A stretch of 63,366 nucleotides of DNA, filler included, from Reclinomonas americana ATCC 50394 (GCA_048213135.1; 23 parts of 23 records of this genome joined end to end with filler, not necessarily neighbours in it), one strand, 5' to 3'. Positions 1-11,291 are shown, numbered from the whole stretch's first letter. Numbers and translations: made by a program. Notes: generated by a model from the letters alone, not told the origin.

Positions 1-39
1 TGGAGGGAGAAGGAGTGCAGGAGGAAAGGGATGACGAAC

Positions 40-1563
40 CGAGTGGCGGCGTCATCTTCTGGCACAGCACGAGGGCGTCCTCGTCGCTGCCGAGCGACGA
101 CAGCTGCTTCATGACGACCTTGATGGCCGACAGCACGACAGCCGAGTTGGCGTGCGCCAGGCGCGGCAGCACACGCTCCGCAATGCCCTTGGCCTCGTCG
201 GCATCGCGAGCCTGGTAGGTGGCGAGCGCGTCGAGGATGAACACCTGACCCCACTCCGTGCACTCATTGACGGCCAGGAAGAGCTTGTGCAGGGTGCCGG
301 CGTCGAGCTCCAGCACGGGGTGCGCCGCACGGGCCGAGATATCGGCCAGCGCCGCCACCGCATTGGCAATGACCATCGGGTTGCTGTCCTCCAGCATGCG
401 CTTCAGGTCGTCCAGGAAGCTGTGCGCGCACAAACAGGCATAACACGCGTCAAGAATGAACCAATTTGCACTCGTCGCCCAACTTCTCAACATGCACTGC
501 CGCGAAAGTGGCACACGAAAGGAGAGGCCTACGTGCAAGCAAAGTGTGCGTGCGTGTGCGTGTGCGTCTGTGTGCGTCTGTCTGTGTGTGCGTGCGCCAT
601 GGAACGACAATGACGCACGCCGCCCCCCTCCCCTCCCCGCTCCCCACGCACCCCTGATCCTCAATGAGCTGTGGGTTGGTGTCGTAGATCTTGGCCACGG
701 CAATCGCCGCCGTCTTGCGCACGTAGGGATCACCATCGGCCATGGACTGACGCAATGCGTCGGCCAGATACTCGGTCACACGCTCCACACGAATGCAAGA
801 CATGGTGCGCACGGCCAGCGCGCGCACCAGCGGGTTCGGGTCGCGCGCATCCTACGCAAAAACACATCACCGACAAGTGTGAGTTTGTGACACGCAAACA
901 CAAAAAAAACATGGCGCGCGACATGGCGCGGGCGATGTGCACACGCACACACACTTGCACAAAGACACGAAATGCATCGCGTGGAGCGCAACAGGTAGAC
1001 ACACGACGTGCACGGGCAACGTGCAACAAAACAGACAAGTGTGCGTGTGTGCGTGTGTCTTCTCCCATGGCGCACTCTTTCCTCCTCCTCCTCCTCCTCC
1101 TCTCACTCGTGCTCAAACAGCATGTATGCACACACCTGAGTGAAGGTGTTGACGGCCATGACGGCCTCCTCCTCCTGCGTCTTGGCGTAGTTGATGATGT
1201 AGAGGTATACCAACTTCTTGAGCTCAATGTTGTTGGTCTGGCTGCACTTGACCACATCGGGGAAGAGCGCCGACACGTCCTTGCCCACCGTCATGGTGGC
1301 AATGACCTGCGCAGAGTAGAACACAAGAGCGAAGATGAGCACGACACGCAGAGATGATGCATCAGTTTCCTCCATGTCTCGCTTGCCTTCTTCATGGCGT
1401 CCTTCTTCCGTTCAAGGCTCTCCTCGTTGTTGAGGTCCTGCTGCCACTCGCGCAGCTCACCTGCACAGCGTCACTCAGAACACACACGCATACACAACCA
1501 AAATGCACTGCCATAAACAAACAAACCCTTCAGGCGATTCGACGATGCCGGTGGTCGACTCAT
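40..1563 (-). CDS. AP-1/AP-2 beta-adaptin, spliced, 3' partial
   Basis: Exons complement(1527..1563,1387..1460,1136..1306,652..851,40..419) give [72 protein letters not shown], the beta-adaptin N-terminus. A possible in-frame upstream extension uses exons 1703..1729 and 1641..1665. Confidence 0.93.
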
Positions 1564-1721
1564 GAGCTCTTTTGCTGCACGATGACCAAGGTCAGCGAGA
1601 AGGAGAGAAAGGGAGAAAGGGACTGTCGCGGTGAACTCACCGTGCTCGAAGAAAAATGCAATGACCTTTCGGTCGGTTTGTGCGGACGGTGGAGTTTCTC
1701 ACTTGCTTCTTTGTGTGCACG

Positions 1722-2501
1722 ATGCCCATCGAGTGCGTTTTCTTGTGGTGCGTGGAACGCAATGCGGCGGTGACGTACCGGCGGTTTGTGACGGGCGCGC
1801 TGGATGTGACGGAGTGTGTGCGGTTGACGCGCGACAGGTGAGTCTCTCTGCTCACGCTCTCTCTCTCTCTCTTGTGTTGTTGACTTGTGTGCGCGCGCCC
1901 GCAGCTGGCCTGTGAAGCAGAGTCCCGACACACCACCACAGTACCACAGTGCGAGCTTGGGGTGTGTGTGTGTGTGTGTGCATGCAAGTGATCACATTGA
2001 CGATTGATTGATCACTGACTCACAATACGCAGTCGCGGTCGCGTGGCGGTCATGGTGTACCTCGACGAGCTGCTCTTCTTTGCAGTGGGTTCAGAGGAGG
2101 CCGAGGAGTTCTTTTGTTGCGTTCTCCATTCATCTCCGTTCATCGCTGTCTCTCTCGTCTGACACACTCCAACAGTGCACGACTGGATGGAGGAAATGGC
2201 GCCACTGCTGCGCTCGGTGGCGGGTGGACGACGAGTAGACGTGGAGTCTGTCATTCGGTGCGTACACACACACACACTTGCGTCTTGTGTTTATTGGTCG
2301 CTGACTCATCGCACAGCGAACACGCCAAGATCTGCATGATCCTCGATCAGAGCTGCTTTGCCGGTGCCGCCTCCTTTACAGAGGTCTCTAGTGCTGCTGC
2401 CTTGCCTGCGTCTGTGTCGAGGGAATGCGTGCTTATACGGTTTATACATGCAGGACGAGGGCCACAAGGGTTTCTTGGAGCTGAAGGTCAAGAAGAGCTG
2501 A
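1722..2501 (+). CDS. Adaptor small (sigma/zeta, longin-fold) subunit, TSET TSPOON/LOLITA-like, 150 aa, 6 exons
   Basis: Exons 1722..1837,1905..1961,2033..2115,2176..2257,2317..2383,2454..2501 are all GT-AG and sum to 453 nt. Product MPIECVFLW..RRF..LLFFAVGSEEAEEFFL..EHAKICMILDQSCFAG..T..FLELKVKKS resembles LOLITA (YGRICLCLDEIVWNG..T..LIRLK). Confidence 0.72.
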
Positions 2502-2615
2502 GGCTGCACGGCGACAAGAGAAAGAAAAAAAGTGTACATGACCACCTACGTACGTAGTTGCCATTGGTCTTGCAGAGGCCGGCCACAGGACACCGATTTC
2601 CTTCTTTCATATCAA

Positions 2616-5077
2616 ATGGCGCGTGGACCACCACAAAAGCGCAGTCGAACCGCTGGAGGTGCAGTGTCGCATCACCAGAAAGGTGGAGCGGGCAGGAAAC
2701 CCAGCAGAGGAGGCGGAGGCGGAGGAGGTCGCGGAGGACGAGGACGGGGAGGAGGAGGCAGTCGCGGTGGCATGAGTCGATCTCGACCTGGCGGGTGTGT
2801 GTGTGTGTGTGTGCATGTGCATGTGCACTTGTCACCACGTGCCCCATCTTGCGCGTGTGCTGGCCTCCTGCTGACGCCACCACTCCACTCTACTTGTGTG
2901 ATGCGTGCTGCAGTTTCGGGCGCAAGCGGCCGCGTGAGGAGGCCGAGGTGTCGTCCGAGGTCGATGGTGACGATGACGATCATGTTGTGGAAGACAGCGA
3001 TGACGATGAGCAGCTGGAGGTGCGTGGTGTCGCCTTACGTATGCAAGCAGGGGAGACACTAATTGTGTGTTGCGGGGCACAGAGCTTTGAGCGTCGGCCA
3101 CGCTCGTTTGCGCGTGAGGTCACTCGTGCACCGGCGTTGCCGATCAAGACCGGGGCTGGCGTGTTTGAGATGCCCGAGAGTTGCGGTTGCCACGCACTCC
3201 CGCGGCAGTGTCTTGCTCCGCCCACTCACCCCGCTTGCAGTGGTGTTTGAGGACGAGGACGAGGAGGGAGAGCACGATGAGACCGATGGTGGAGAGGGCG
3301 ACGAGGAAGGCGAGGGTGAAGAGGATGAGTACGATGAGGAGGAGGAAGACGAGGATGCGCCGATGGAGTTTGAGGAAGTTGTGCATGCGTCGACGACGCA
3401 GCGACCCACCGGGCGGTTGCCAGACCCGGAGACGGTGCGAAGGAAGCGAGAGAACCGACTGCGACGGCTGCGAGAGCGCATTGCCATTCTGTGTTCCAAG
3501 ATTCTGCAGGACCCCGAAAAGACTGTTGCGCCGCTGTTCCCCCCTTGCTTCCGCGTGCCTCACTTGTTGTGCTCACGCATGGCGCTCAGAAACCGGAGAT
3601 GAAGGAGCTGCACGAGTTGTGCGACGATGGCGAGGCCGAGATTCAACAACTCGGCATGCTGTCCATGACGCAGGTGTTTATCGACATTGCACCGGGCTAC
3701 CGCATTCGACCGCCCACCGAGCAGGAGATGTCGGTGAAACTCAAGCGCGAGACGGCCAAGCTGCGCGACTTTGAGAACTGGCTCCTCTCGTCGTATCAGC
3801 TGCACTTGCAGCGACTCGAATCGCGCCTGCAGCGCTCCGCCAACAACCCCGAACGACGTATCTCGGCGCAATGCGCTGCGCAGTGCCTCGGCTCGCTCCT
3901 GGCGCAGTTGCCACACTTCAACTTCCGCTCCAACATTGTCGCGCTGCTGGTGCCGCTCATGGAGATTCCGCTCATGTTGGCCGGCGTCTCCACCCGCACC
4001 CCCCAGCAGGAGCACGCGGAACGACTCTGCAACATCTGTTGCGATGCGTGCCACGAACTATTTGCGTACGAGAATGTCGGTGAGGCGTCGATGGACGTGG
4101 TCAAGTCGCTGGCCGAGCTCGTCAAGTCGACCAAGCCCGGCTACACGGTGCCACCGAGCGTGGTCGGCACCTTCCTGTCGCTGCCACTCAACGAGCAACT
4201 GGACGCCGGGCAGACGCTCAACAATCTGCTCACGGGCAGGAAACCCGAGACGGCCACGAAGCGTCGCTACCTGCCAGAGAAGGAGTTCAAGAAGGTGAAG
4301 GAACAGCGCAAGGCGGAGCGAGCGCGCGAGTTCAAGAAGCAGGCCATTGCGTCGGCTGCGGCGGCAGCTGGCAAGGATCCCCACGCTGGCGACCGCTCGG
4401 CCGCGCGCAAGGCCATTCAGGAGACGGTCGAAGAGCAGCTGCAGCGCGACCTGGAGGAGGGACAGGCTACGTTGTCGGCCGACATGAGGAGACGTCTGGT
4501 GAGTGTGTGTGCAAGGTGCGATAGTGACATGCGGGTGCGAGACTCACGTCTTATGTTCTTCTTGTTGTTGCTACCAGCACACGGAGGTGCTCCAGCACGT
4601 GATTGTGACGTATTTCCGCGTGCTCAAGGCCAACATGGGCGGCTCGGCGGCGTTCTCGTCGAAGCAGCGTGAATACTCGTCCGAGTTGCTGTTTGCCGTG
4701 CTCGAGGGCCTGGCCAAGTTTGCGCATCTGATCAGCGTCGACATTCTCGCCGACCTGCTGCAATGTTTGCAGCAGTTGCCGCACTACTCGCAGCGCGCAG
4801 AGGAGGAGGCGATGGAGGCGGAGAGGCTCGGCGCAGAGGGCTTGCCGACGCTGACACCCACCACCTCGTTGAGGGCCATTCTGACCGCGTTCCAGATTCT
4901 GTCGCGCGGTCATGGCGTGGCACTGGATGTGGATCCGCAGCAGTACTACACCCACTTGTACGCGCTCATGTTCCCGGTGCTCACACGCCACTTCCCCGGC
5001 GGCGAGACCGACGAGCGCAAAATGGCCCTGCTCGGGTCGGCGCTCTACAACTTTTTGATTGCCACCAAGAATGTTGC

Positions 5078-5114
<37 letters not shown>

Positions 5115-5935
5115 GAGAGCAGGCGCCTTTTGATTTCTTTCCATCGGCCGACTTACACCCGTGTGACACAGGTGTCGCTGGAACGCATGGCGGCGTTTGC
5201 CAAGCGGGCGTGTGCCGCAGCGTTGTTGGCGTCGGATCCGTCGGGCGCGTTGCCGATGCTGTACATTGCGGGTCTGACGGTGCAGAAGAATTGCCGAGTG
5301 GCATCGCTGTTTGAGCCCAGCGAGGGTGCAGGCGGCTATCGTGCAGAGGTGGACGACCCCGATGCGTGCAACGCCCTGAGTGCCACCGCGTGGGAATTGG
5401 TGTTGCTCCGCCACCACTTCCACCCGCATGTGCGACGTGCGGCTGAGAAGTTGACGAACTTTGTCGGCACGGCACAGTCGTCGAACGGCACCAGTGTGTT
5501 CCAGCCGTTCGGTGCGCGCGCCACACCCACCATGGTGTCGCAGCGATACAGCTACCGAGTGCACGGTGTGGTGCCGGATCCGCCGCCCCAGCGAACCACC
5601 ACCAAGGCCTCGCACATGCTGGTCGACCGTGTCAGCCCGTTTGTGCAGCACACGGCAGCGGCGGTGACTACGACCACCACCACCACCGCCACTGCCGATG
5701 CGGAAGGCCTGCGTGACATGTACGCGGAGGCCAAGATCCATCGCGACGTGCAGCGCGCCGACCACGTGCTGGAGACTGCGGCGGCGATGAAGCAGCGACT
5801 CGCCGCTCTCCGTGCCGACTTTGTCAAGCGCAAGAAGCAAAAGCCGGCGGCAGTGGTGGCGGCGCCCAAGGAGGTGAAGGGCAAGGAGAAGGAGAAGTTG
5901 ATGAAGAAGACAAAGAAGAAGCAGGCAGTGGTGAT
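2616..5935 (+). CDS. NOC3: Nucleolar complex protein 3 (NOC3/CBF domain), spliced, 3' partial
   Basis: RGG-rich/acidic N-terminus, LPIKT motif, PGYRIRP, HFNFRSNI, LEGLAKFAHLI, ERMAAFAKR, WELVLLRHHFHP. Several short GT-AG introns, one containing (GA)n at ~5078-5171. Confidence 0.88.
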
Positions 5936-6035
5936 NNNNNNNNNNNNNNNNNNNNNNNNNNNNNNNNNNNNNNNNNNNNTTAATTAATTAANNNNNNNNN
6001 NNNNNNNNNNNNNNNNNNNNNNNNNNNNNNNNNNN
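5936..6035. other. Artificial contig spacer (first of 22)
   Basis: 44N-TTAATTAATTAA-44N (stops in all six frames). The same 100-bp spacer starts at 14308,17042,19204,20367,22967,24090,26681,29644,31826,33051,35360,38795,39977,41447,46047,48181,49283,52123,55166,58777,62263. Confidence 0.99.
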
Positions 6036-6227
6036 TTCGTGCGATCCACAATGTGGATCAGCAGAAAATCACGGTCAATGCGATTCACATGGTGATCCGC
6101 ATTTTTTGACGGATCTCACCAACGCAACGAAGGTTGATCGCTCCGCAAGGCTCCACTATTCCGAGTTCAGACCGTGCGATCATACCTGTGGAGTCGCGCG
6201 ACATGCTGATGATTGAGCCGAGTGATC

Positions 6228-9200
6228 ATGGCTTCGCCCAACGTCTATGACTGGACACGACTCTGGTACCCGCTCGACGCGCGCCTGCCGGTCGAGCACG
6301 GCTATCTTGAACCCCAGCCCGGCGATCTCGGCGCTACGATCGCCGACCTCAGCGACACCCCCTGCCTCGTCTTGCTGGGCGCGCCAGGGATGGGAAAGAG
6401 CCACGAAGCCAAGCGCGCGTGGACCGATCTACAAGCCCGTGGCGAAGCCGCCGATCTCGTCGAAGCGCCGCTACGGCGCGATATCGGCCAGACCCTGCTA
6501 GCGCTCCTGGGCAGCGAGCATGGCCAGGACTGGGCCCAGTCCGGGCGGTCTTGGACGGTTCTCGTTGATGGGCTCGATGAACTCGAAAAAGGCGCCTCCG
6601 CTTTCAACGAAAGCCTGAAACTCTTCCTGACGGAGCTGATGCGGGTTCGCGCGGACCTGCAGGGTTTCCGGCTTCGCCTCTATTGCCGAACGGTCGAGTG
6701 GGCCGGCACGCTCGATCAGACCTTGGCCCCCGCCTGGCCTGCGCTAGACATCCAGAAGCGCCAACTTGCCCCCCTTTCCAGGGCGGACGTTCTCAAGGCC
6801 GCGGACACCGAGCTTGGTTCGTCGGACGACGCGGCGAACTTTGTCGCCGACGTCGAATCCAAAAACGTCCAAGCGCTCGCGGCCAAACCCGTTTCGCTGC
6901 GAATGCTGGTCAAGCTCTTTGCTCGACACAGCGCGCTGCCTGCGCGCCAGGCGGATCTCTTCCGCCAAGGGATCGGCGCCCTCCTGGAAGATCAGTTGAA
7001 TTCCGGTCGCCGCCGGCGCTCGGCCGCCGATGTCGACACCCTCACCATGATGGCGGGACGCATCGCCACGGCCATGGCGCTGTCTGGCGCCGGCGCCGTG
7101 ACCCTGTCCGATCAAGGCGGCGTCGAGGTGGACAGGGGGGTGATCGCCCTCGGAAAGCTCGCCAATGGGTTTGAGCCGCTCCCTCCCTTCAGCGTGCCGG
7201 TGCGCCCGCAGGATCTGCTTGAGGTCATTCGGTCCTCGCTCTTCGACCCGATCGGGGGCGATACATACGTTTGGGCCCACCAGACCTTCATGGAGTATCT
7301 GGCCGGTCGCTACTTGATCGCCCACGAACTCGAGCCAGCGCGGCTTCTCGACTTTCTGACGGTCGCCGATCCGGACGGTGGCCCGGGCGGTGTCGCGCCG
7401 CAGCTGCGTGAAGTGGCGGCGTGGACCGCGGCGCTGTCCAGGCCGGTCTTCGAGGCTCTGCTTAATCTCGAGCCTGACATCCTCTTGCAGAGTGATGTGG
7501 CCACCGCGGAACCGCAGACGCGCGCCGATCTCGTCGCCTCCCTCCTAGATCGCCTGGACACGGGCGCCCTGGACGACACGTTCTGGCAGCTCCGCTCACT
7601 GCTGGGCCGCCTGAGCCACCCAAGGCTCGCGGCGCAACTGCACGCGGCGATTACCTCGTCAGAGCGCAGCCTCCGCACTCGACTTGGCGCCATCGACATC
7701 GCCGAAGAAGCCAAGGTGACCGAGCTGGCCGCCACCTTGGTCGAACTGGCGCTCGACGACACCGGTCCGTTGTCCCTGCGGCGCGAGGCGGCCAATGCCG
7801 TGGCGTTGCTTGGCGGCCCGGACGAAAAGAAGAGGCTCTCCGGCCTATTGAAGGCTCCGGGGACGCTCGACGACGAGATCCGAGGATCGGTGCTCCACGC
7901 CCTGTGGCCAAGCGCCCTTACTGTGCCAGAACTTCTTGGTGCCCTGACCCCGCCTCAGGTCTCGAATTTTATCGGGATCTACTCGACGTTCCTCTACAGC
8001 TTCAAGATCGAGGCCGTTTCCAAGCAAGACGCGCTAGCGATCCTGGCCTGGGTCGAACCGTTCCTTCAACGCGACGACCAAGATGGCGACAACTATTCGC
8101 TACGCCGCGCCATCGCCCGGCTGTTCTGGGCGGCTGTTTCGCAGAGCCACGAGCCGGAAGTCCGCGCGGAGCTTGCTCGGCTCCTGAACGTCGCCTTCGA
8201 GAAGCTTACGCAATCGGCGTTCGAAGATGACGACGTTAAAGCCATTTGGCCCGGCTCCGTCGAAGACCGCATCGCCGTTGTCGTCGCCACGATCGAGGCC
8301 GCCAAGGACCCAGTCCGCGCGAGCCGGTATATGCAGCACTTCACCCCCGCGCTCGTCGGGGAGGGCGACCTGCCGCTGCTCCTGGCCGCGTTGCAGGTCA
8401 ATTCCGCGCCGTCGGTGCGAGAGGCCCTGGCCGAACTGGTCCTGTCGCTTTCACGCAGCTTGCCCCTGGACGAGCTGGGCGATCTCTACGATCTCGCCCA
8501 GCAGGACCCTTTGCTCGGCGACGCCTGGGAGGCGTTCTATTCCGTCGCCTTGGACTCGCCGTCCGTCGAATGGATGCGACAAAACGCTAAGCGACATGCG
8601 GCGGCAGAACAGCGTCGCGTCGACCAGCTTCTCGTCCGGGATCGGGCGAACACGGCGATACTCTCCTATCTGGATCAGATCGAGAATGGCGCGCCAGACC
8701 TTTGGTGGCGCCTCAATCTGCAGCTCTTTGTCGACGAGAACGGGTCCTACCAGAACGATCTGGAGTTCCAGTCCGACCTGACCGAGACGCCTGGCTGGAA
8801 GCGGCTTGATGACGCCACACACCGCCGGCTGGTCGCTGCCGCCGAAGCCTCTCTGGTCGACAGCCCCCGCCAGCCCGTCGATTGGCTGGCGACCAACACC
8901 CACAATCGGCCCGCGGCTGCCGGCTATCGTGCCCTGCGCCTTCTGCACGACCTTCGTCCAGATCGCTACGATGCGCTCGATGCGCGGGTCTGGCGCAACT
9001 GGGCGCCGGCGACGATCGGCTTCTTCGACAACGATGCGGGCGCCGCGGATCAGGTTCAGAGCCAGATTGTCGCGCGCGCCTATCAGCGCTCGCCTCGGTC
9101 GATCATCCGCGCGCTTATAATTCTGTCGCGGAAAGCCGGTTCGGAAGGCCTAACGGGCCGCCCTCTCGAGCTCCTCAAGCAGGCCTACGACGAGCGTCTG

Positions 9201-11201
9201 GGTGCGGTGCTCAGTAGCCTACGCGGCGCGCGCCGCGTTGATCCGAAGATCGATGCGACGTTGGTGTCGTTCCTGGTTCGCCAGGGATACGCGCCCCTGG
9301 AAGCTGAGTTGAAGATGGGCCTGAGCGCCCGGCTATCGAGCGTTGGCGAGCGGGCGACGCAACCCGCCAAGGGCTTCAGCAACGCCATCGCCGCCTTGAT
9401 GTCTGCATCGCACGCCGACGTTTGGGCCAAGGTAGTCGAGCTAACGGATCTCGAGCCTGATCTGGCGAGTGAAATCTGGGAACACTTGGCGTCAATCTAT
9501 TCGTTCCGAAAGGCGCCTCAGATCGAGTCGCTCGACGAGGAGCTTGTCGCCAGGGCTTATGTCGCTCTTTTCCAGCTTTTTCCGGATCGACCGGAGGAGA
9601 CCTCGGGCGCGCGTTTCCTCTCCGCGGTCGATTTTGTTGATCAGCTGCGCGGCTCGCTCCTCAACAATCTCGTGGCGCGTGGCACGCCGGCGGCTGTCGA
9701 CGCCGTTTCGCGGATCGCCAGCTCGGCGGCGGACGATGGTTGGGCGCGGCGCAACATTCCTGAGGCGCGGCGCAACTACCGGGCCAAAGTGAAGCATGGG
9801 GAGCCCGCTGAACTCCTTCAGCGCATCTTCCTGATGAGCCCGTCTTACCCGCCGCGCCCGGTCGAGACCCTGCCCCCTGAACCGCCGGTCGAGCTTTCGA
9901 CGGACCTGCCCACGGAGCCGAGCGCACCTATCTCGCCTGGGGATCTCCCTGGTCCGACGGGCGCGCCAACGCTCGGCAGCCGAGTCCTTCGAATTGTCTC
10001 AGTGGCGACCGAATGGGGATCGGGCAGCGGTGGCGTCTCGACGCTGAACCGTGAGCTCTGTATCGCGCTGGCCGGCCAGGGCCACTCTGTCGTCTGCGTC
10101 GTGATCGATGCATCCCAGGCCGAAATCCTCCAGGCCAATGCGGCCGGCGTCGAAATCGTCCGCGCGCCCACCATGACCGAAATCCACGACCGAGATAGGC
10201 TCCTGCTCTTGAAGCCGGAGAACTTCCCGGAAAAATCGCCGGACATCGTCTTCGGGCACGATCAGGTCACCGGCCCAGCGGCGCATCGCCTGTCGCTCGA
10301 GTTGGGCGCCGCCTACGTGCACTTCCTGCACACGGTCCCCGAGGAGATCGAGCTTCAGAAGAGCCGGACCAAGTCGCTTTTCCGCGGCAATGCCAAGAAG
10401 GAAGCCCAGCGCGCGCTCTGCGAATGCGCCCGCCTTGTGGTCGGGATCGGACCCCGGATCTCCGAGAACGCGCCTTATGTGGCGGGCGTGCCCCTTCACG
10501 AGATGATTCCTGGCCTGAACGTGGATCTTTTGGGCCGCCCCGTGGTCCCCAGGCCCCGCAAGACGTTCTGGATCGGTGGGCGAATGGAGGACGCCGATCT
10601 CAAGGGCCTGGCAATCGCCTCGTCCGCCGTTTGGAAGCTTGGCGAAAGCGGGAAGTATCCCATCCGACCAACGCTGACCGTAAGAGGGCTCGACCCCGAT
10701 AGCGACTACGAGGACATGGCCAAGACAGGCCTTCACGATGGCCAGTGGCAGGCCTGTATTCAGCCGCGGCCGTTCACCTCGGAGACGAAGAAGATCTACG
10801 AGGACATCGAGGAGGCCGCCGTCGTGCTCATGCCCTCCCTCACCGAAGGCTTCGGGCTTACGGGGTTCGAAGCCATAGCTGCCGGCCATCCCGTGCTGAT
10901 CTCGATGGAAAGCGGACTGGCCCAATGGCTCCACGGACTTGAAGTGAAGGGGCGTATCAGCGCGGGATTCAGCGATGCCTGCATTGCGCAAGTGGTGCTT
11001 TCGGACACCGCACGGACTGACATCTGGCACGACAAGCTCGCCAAGCTTTTCGGTGCGCCAGAGGTCGCGTTCGAACGGGCCGACAAGTTGCGTGAGACGC
11101 TGAAGATCGAATTTACCTGGGAGCGGGCCGCTAAAGGCTTCTCCGACAAGCTCCTTGAGCTCGTTGCCGAGGGTGATGTGGACGGTTCGATCGACGAATG
11201 A
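6228..11201 (+). CDS. NACHT/STAND P-loop NTPase with HEAT-like helical region and C-terminal GT4 (GT-B) glycosyltransferase domain
   Basis: Walker A GAPGMGKS (6378-6401), Walker B VLVDGLDE (6558-6581), winged-helix HQTFMEYLAG, long helical repeats, Pro-rich linker, then from ~9981 ATEWGSGSGGVSTLNREL..HFLHT..GRMED..LKG..MPSLTEGFGLTGFEAIAAGHPVL (GT4 EX7E motif). Confidence 0.85.
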   Translation: MASPNVYDWTRLWYPLDARLPVEHGYLEPQPGDLGATIADLSDTPCLVLLGAPGMGKSHEAKRAWTDLQARGEAADLVEAPLRRDIGQTLLALLGSEHGQDWAQSGRSWTVLVDGLDELEKGASAFNESLKLFLTELMRVRADLQGFRLRLYCRTVEWAGTLDQTLAPAWPALDIQKRQLAPLSRADVLKAADTELGSSDDAANFVADVESKNVQALAAKPVSLRMLVKLFARHSALPARQADLFRQGIGALLEDQLNSGRRRRSAADVDTLTMMAGRIATAMALSGAGAVTLSDQGGVEVDRGVIALGKLANGFEPLPPFSVPVRPQDLLEVIRSSLFDPIGGDTYVWAHQTFMEYLAGRYLIAHELEPARLLDFLTVADPDGGPGGVAPQLREVAAWTAALSRPVFEALLNLEPDILLQSDVATAEPQTRADLVASLLDRLDTGALDDTFWQLRSLLGRLSHPRLAAQLHAAITSSERSLRTRLGAIDIAEEAKVTELAATLVELALDDTGPLSLRREAANAVALLGGPDEKKRLSGLLKAPGTLDDEIRGSVLHALWPSALTVPELLGALTPPQVSNFIGIYSTFLYSFKIEAVSKQDALAILAWVEPFLQRDDQDGDNYSLRRAIARLFWAAVSQSHEPEVRAELARLLNVAFEKLTQSAFEDDDVKAIWPGSVEDRIAVVVATIEAAKDPVRASRYMQHFTPALVGEGDLPLLLAALQVNSAPSVREALAELVLSLSRSLPLDELGDLYDLAQQDPLLGDAWEAFYSVALDSPSVEWMRQNAKRHAAAEQRRVDQLLVRDRANTAILSYLDQIENGAPDLWWRLNLQLFVDENGSYQNDLEFQSDLTETPGWKRLDDATHRRLVAAAEASLVDSPRQPVDWLATNTHNRPAAAGYRALRLLHDLRPDRYDALDARVWRNWAPATIGFFDNDAGAADQVQSQIVARAYQRSPRSIIRALIILSRKAGSEGLTGRPLELLKQAYDERLGAVLSSLRGARRVDPKIDATLVSFLVRQGYAPLEAELKMGLSARLSSVGERATQPAKGFSNAIAALMSASHADVWAKVVELTDLEPDLASEIWEHLASIYSFRKAPQIESLDEELVARAYVALFQLFPDRPEETSGARFLSAVDFVDQLRGSLLNNLVARGTPAAVDAVSRIASSAADDGWARRNIPEARRNYRAKVKHGEPAELLQRIFLMSPSYPPRPVETLPPEPPVELSTDLPTEPSAPISPGDLPGPTGAPTLGSRVLRIVSVATEWGSGSGGVSTLNRELCIALAGQGHSVVCVVIDASQAEILQANAAGVEIVRAPTMTEIHDRDRLLLLKPENFPEKSPDIVFGHDQVTGPAAHRLSLELGAAYVHFLHTVPEEIELQKSRTKSLFRGNAKKEAQRALCECARLVVGIGPRISENAPYVAGVPLHEMIPGLNVDLLGRPVVPRPRKTFWIGGRMEDADLKGLAIASSAVWKLGESGKYPIRPTLTVRGLDPDSDYEDMAKTGLHDGQWQACIQPRPFTSETKKIYEDIEEAAVVLMPSLTEGFGLTGFEAIAAGHPVLISMESGLAQWLHGLEVKGRISAGFSDACIAQVVLSDTARTDIWHDKLAKLFGAPEVAFERADKLRETLKIEFTWERAAKGFSDKLLELVAEGDVDGSIDE

Positions 11202-11291
11202 ATGACTAGCGGGACATGCCCCATCACAAAACATATGTCCTGCAGAGCATAATATATTCTTTTAAGTATACGTGCAGACGTTAGGCTGTTG

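Noticed and set aside
5980..5991. Recurrent TTAATTAATTAA as a biological repeat or site
   Set aside because: Always centred in exactly 44+44 N; an artificial six-frame stop linker.
9999..11234. 411-aa antisense ORF (also 14472-15752, 21585-22823, 36959-38269)
   Set aside because: Shadow frames of well-supported high-GC genes on the other strand.
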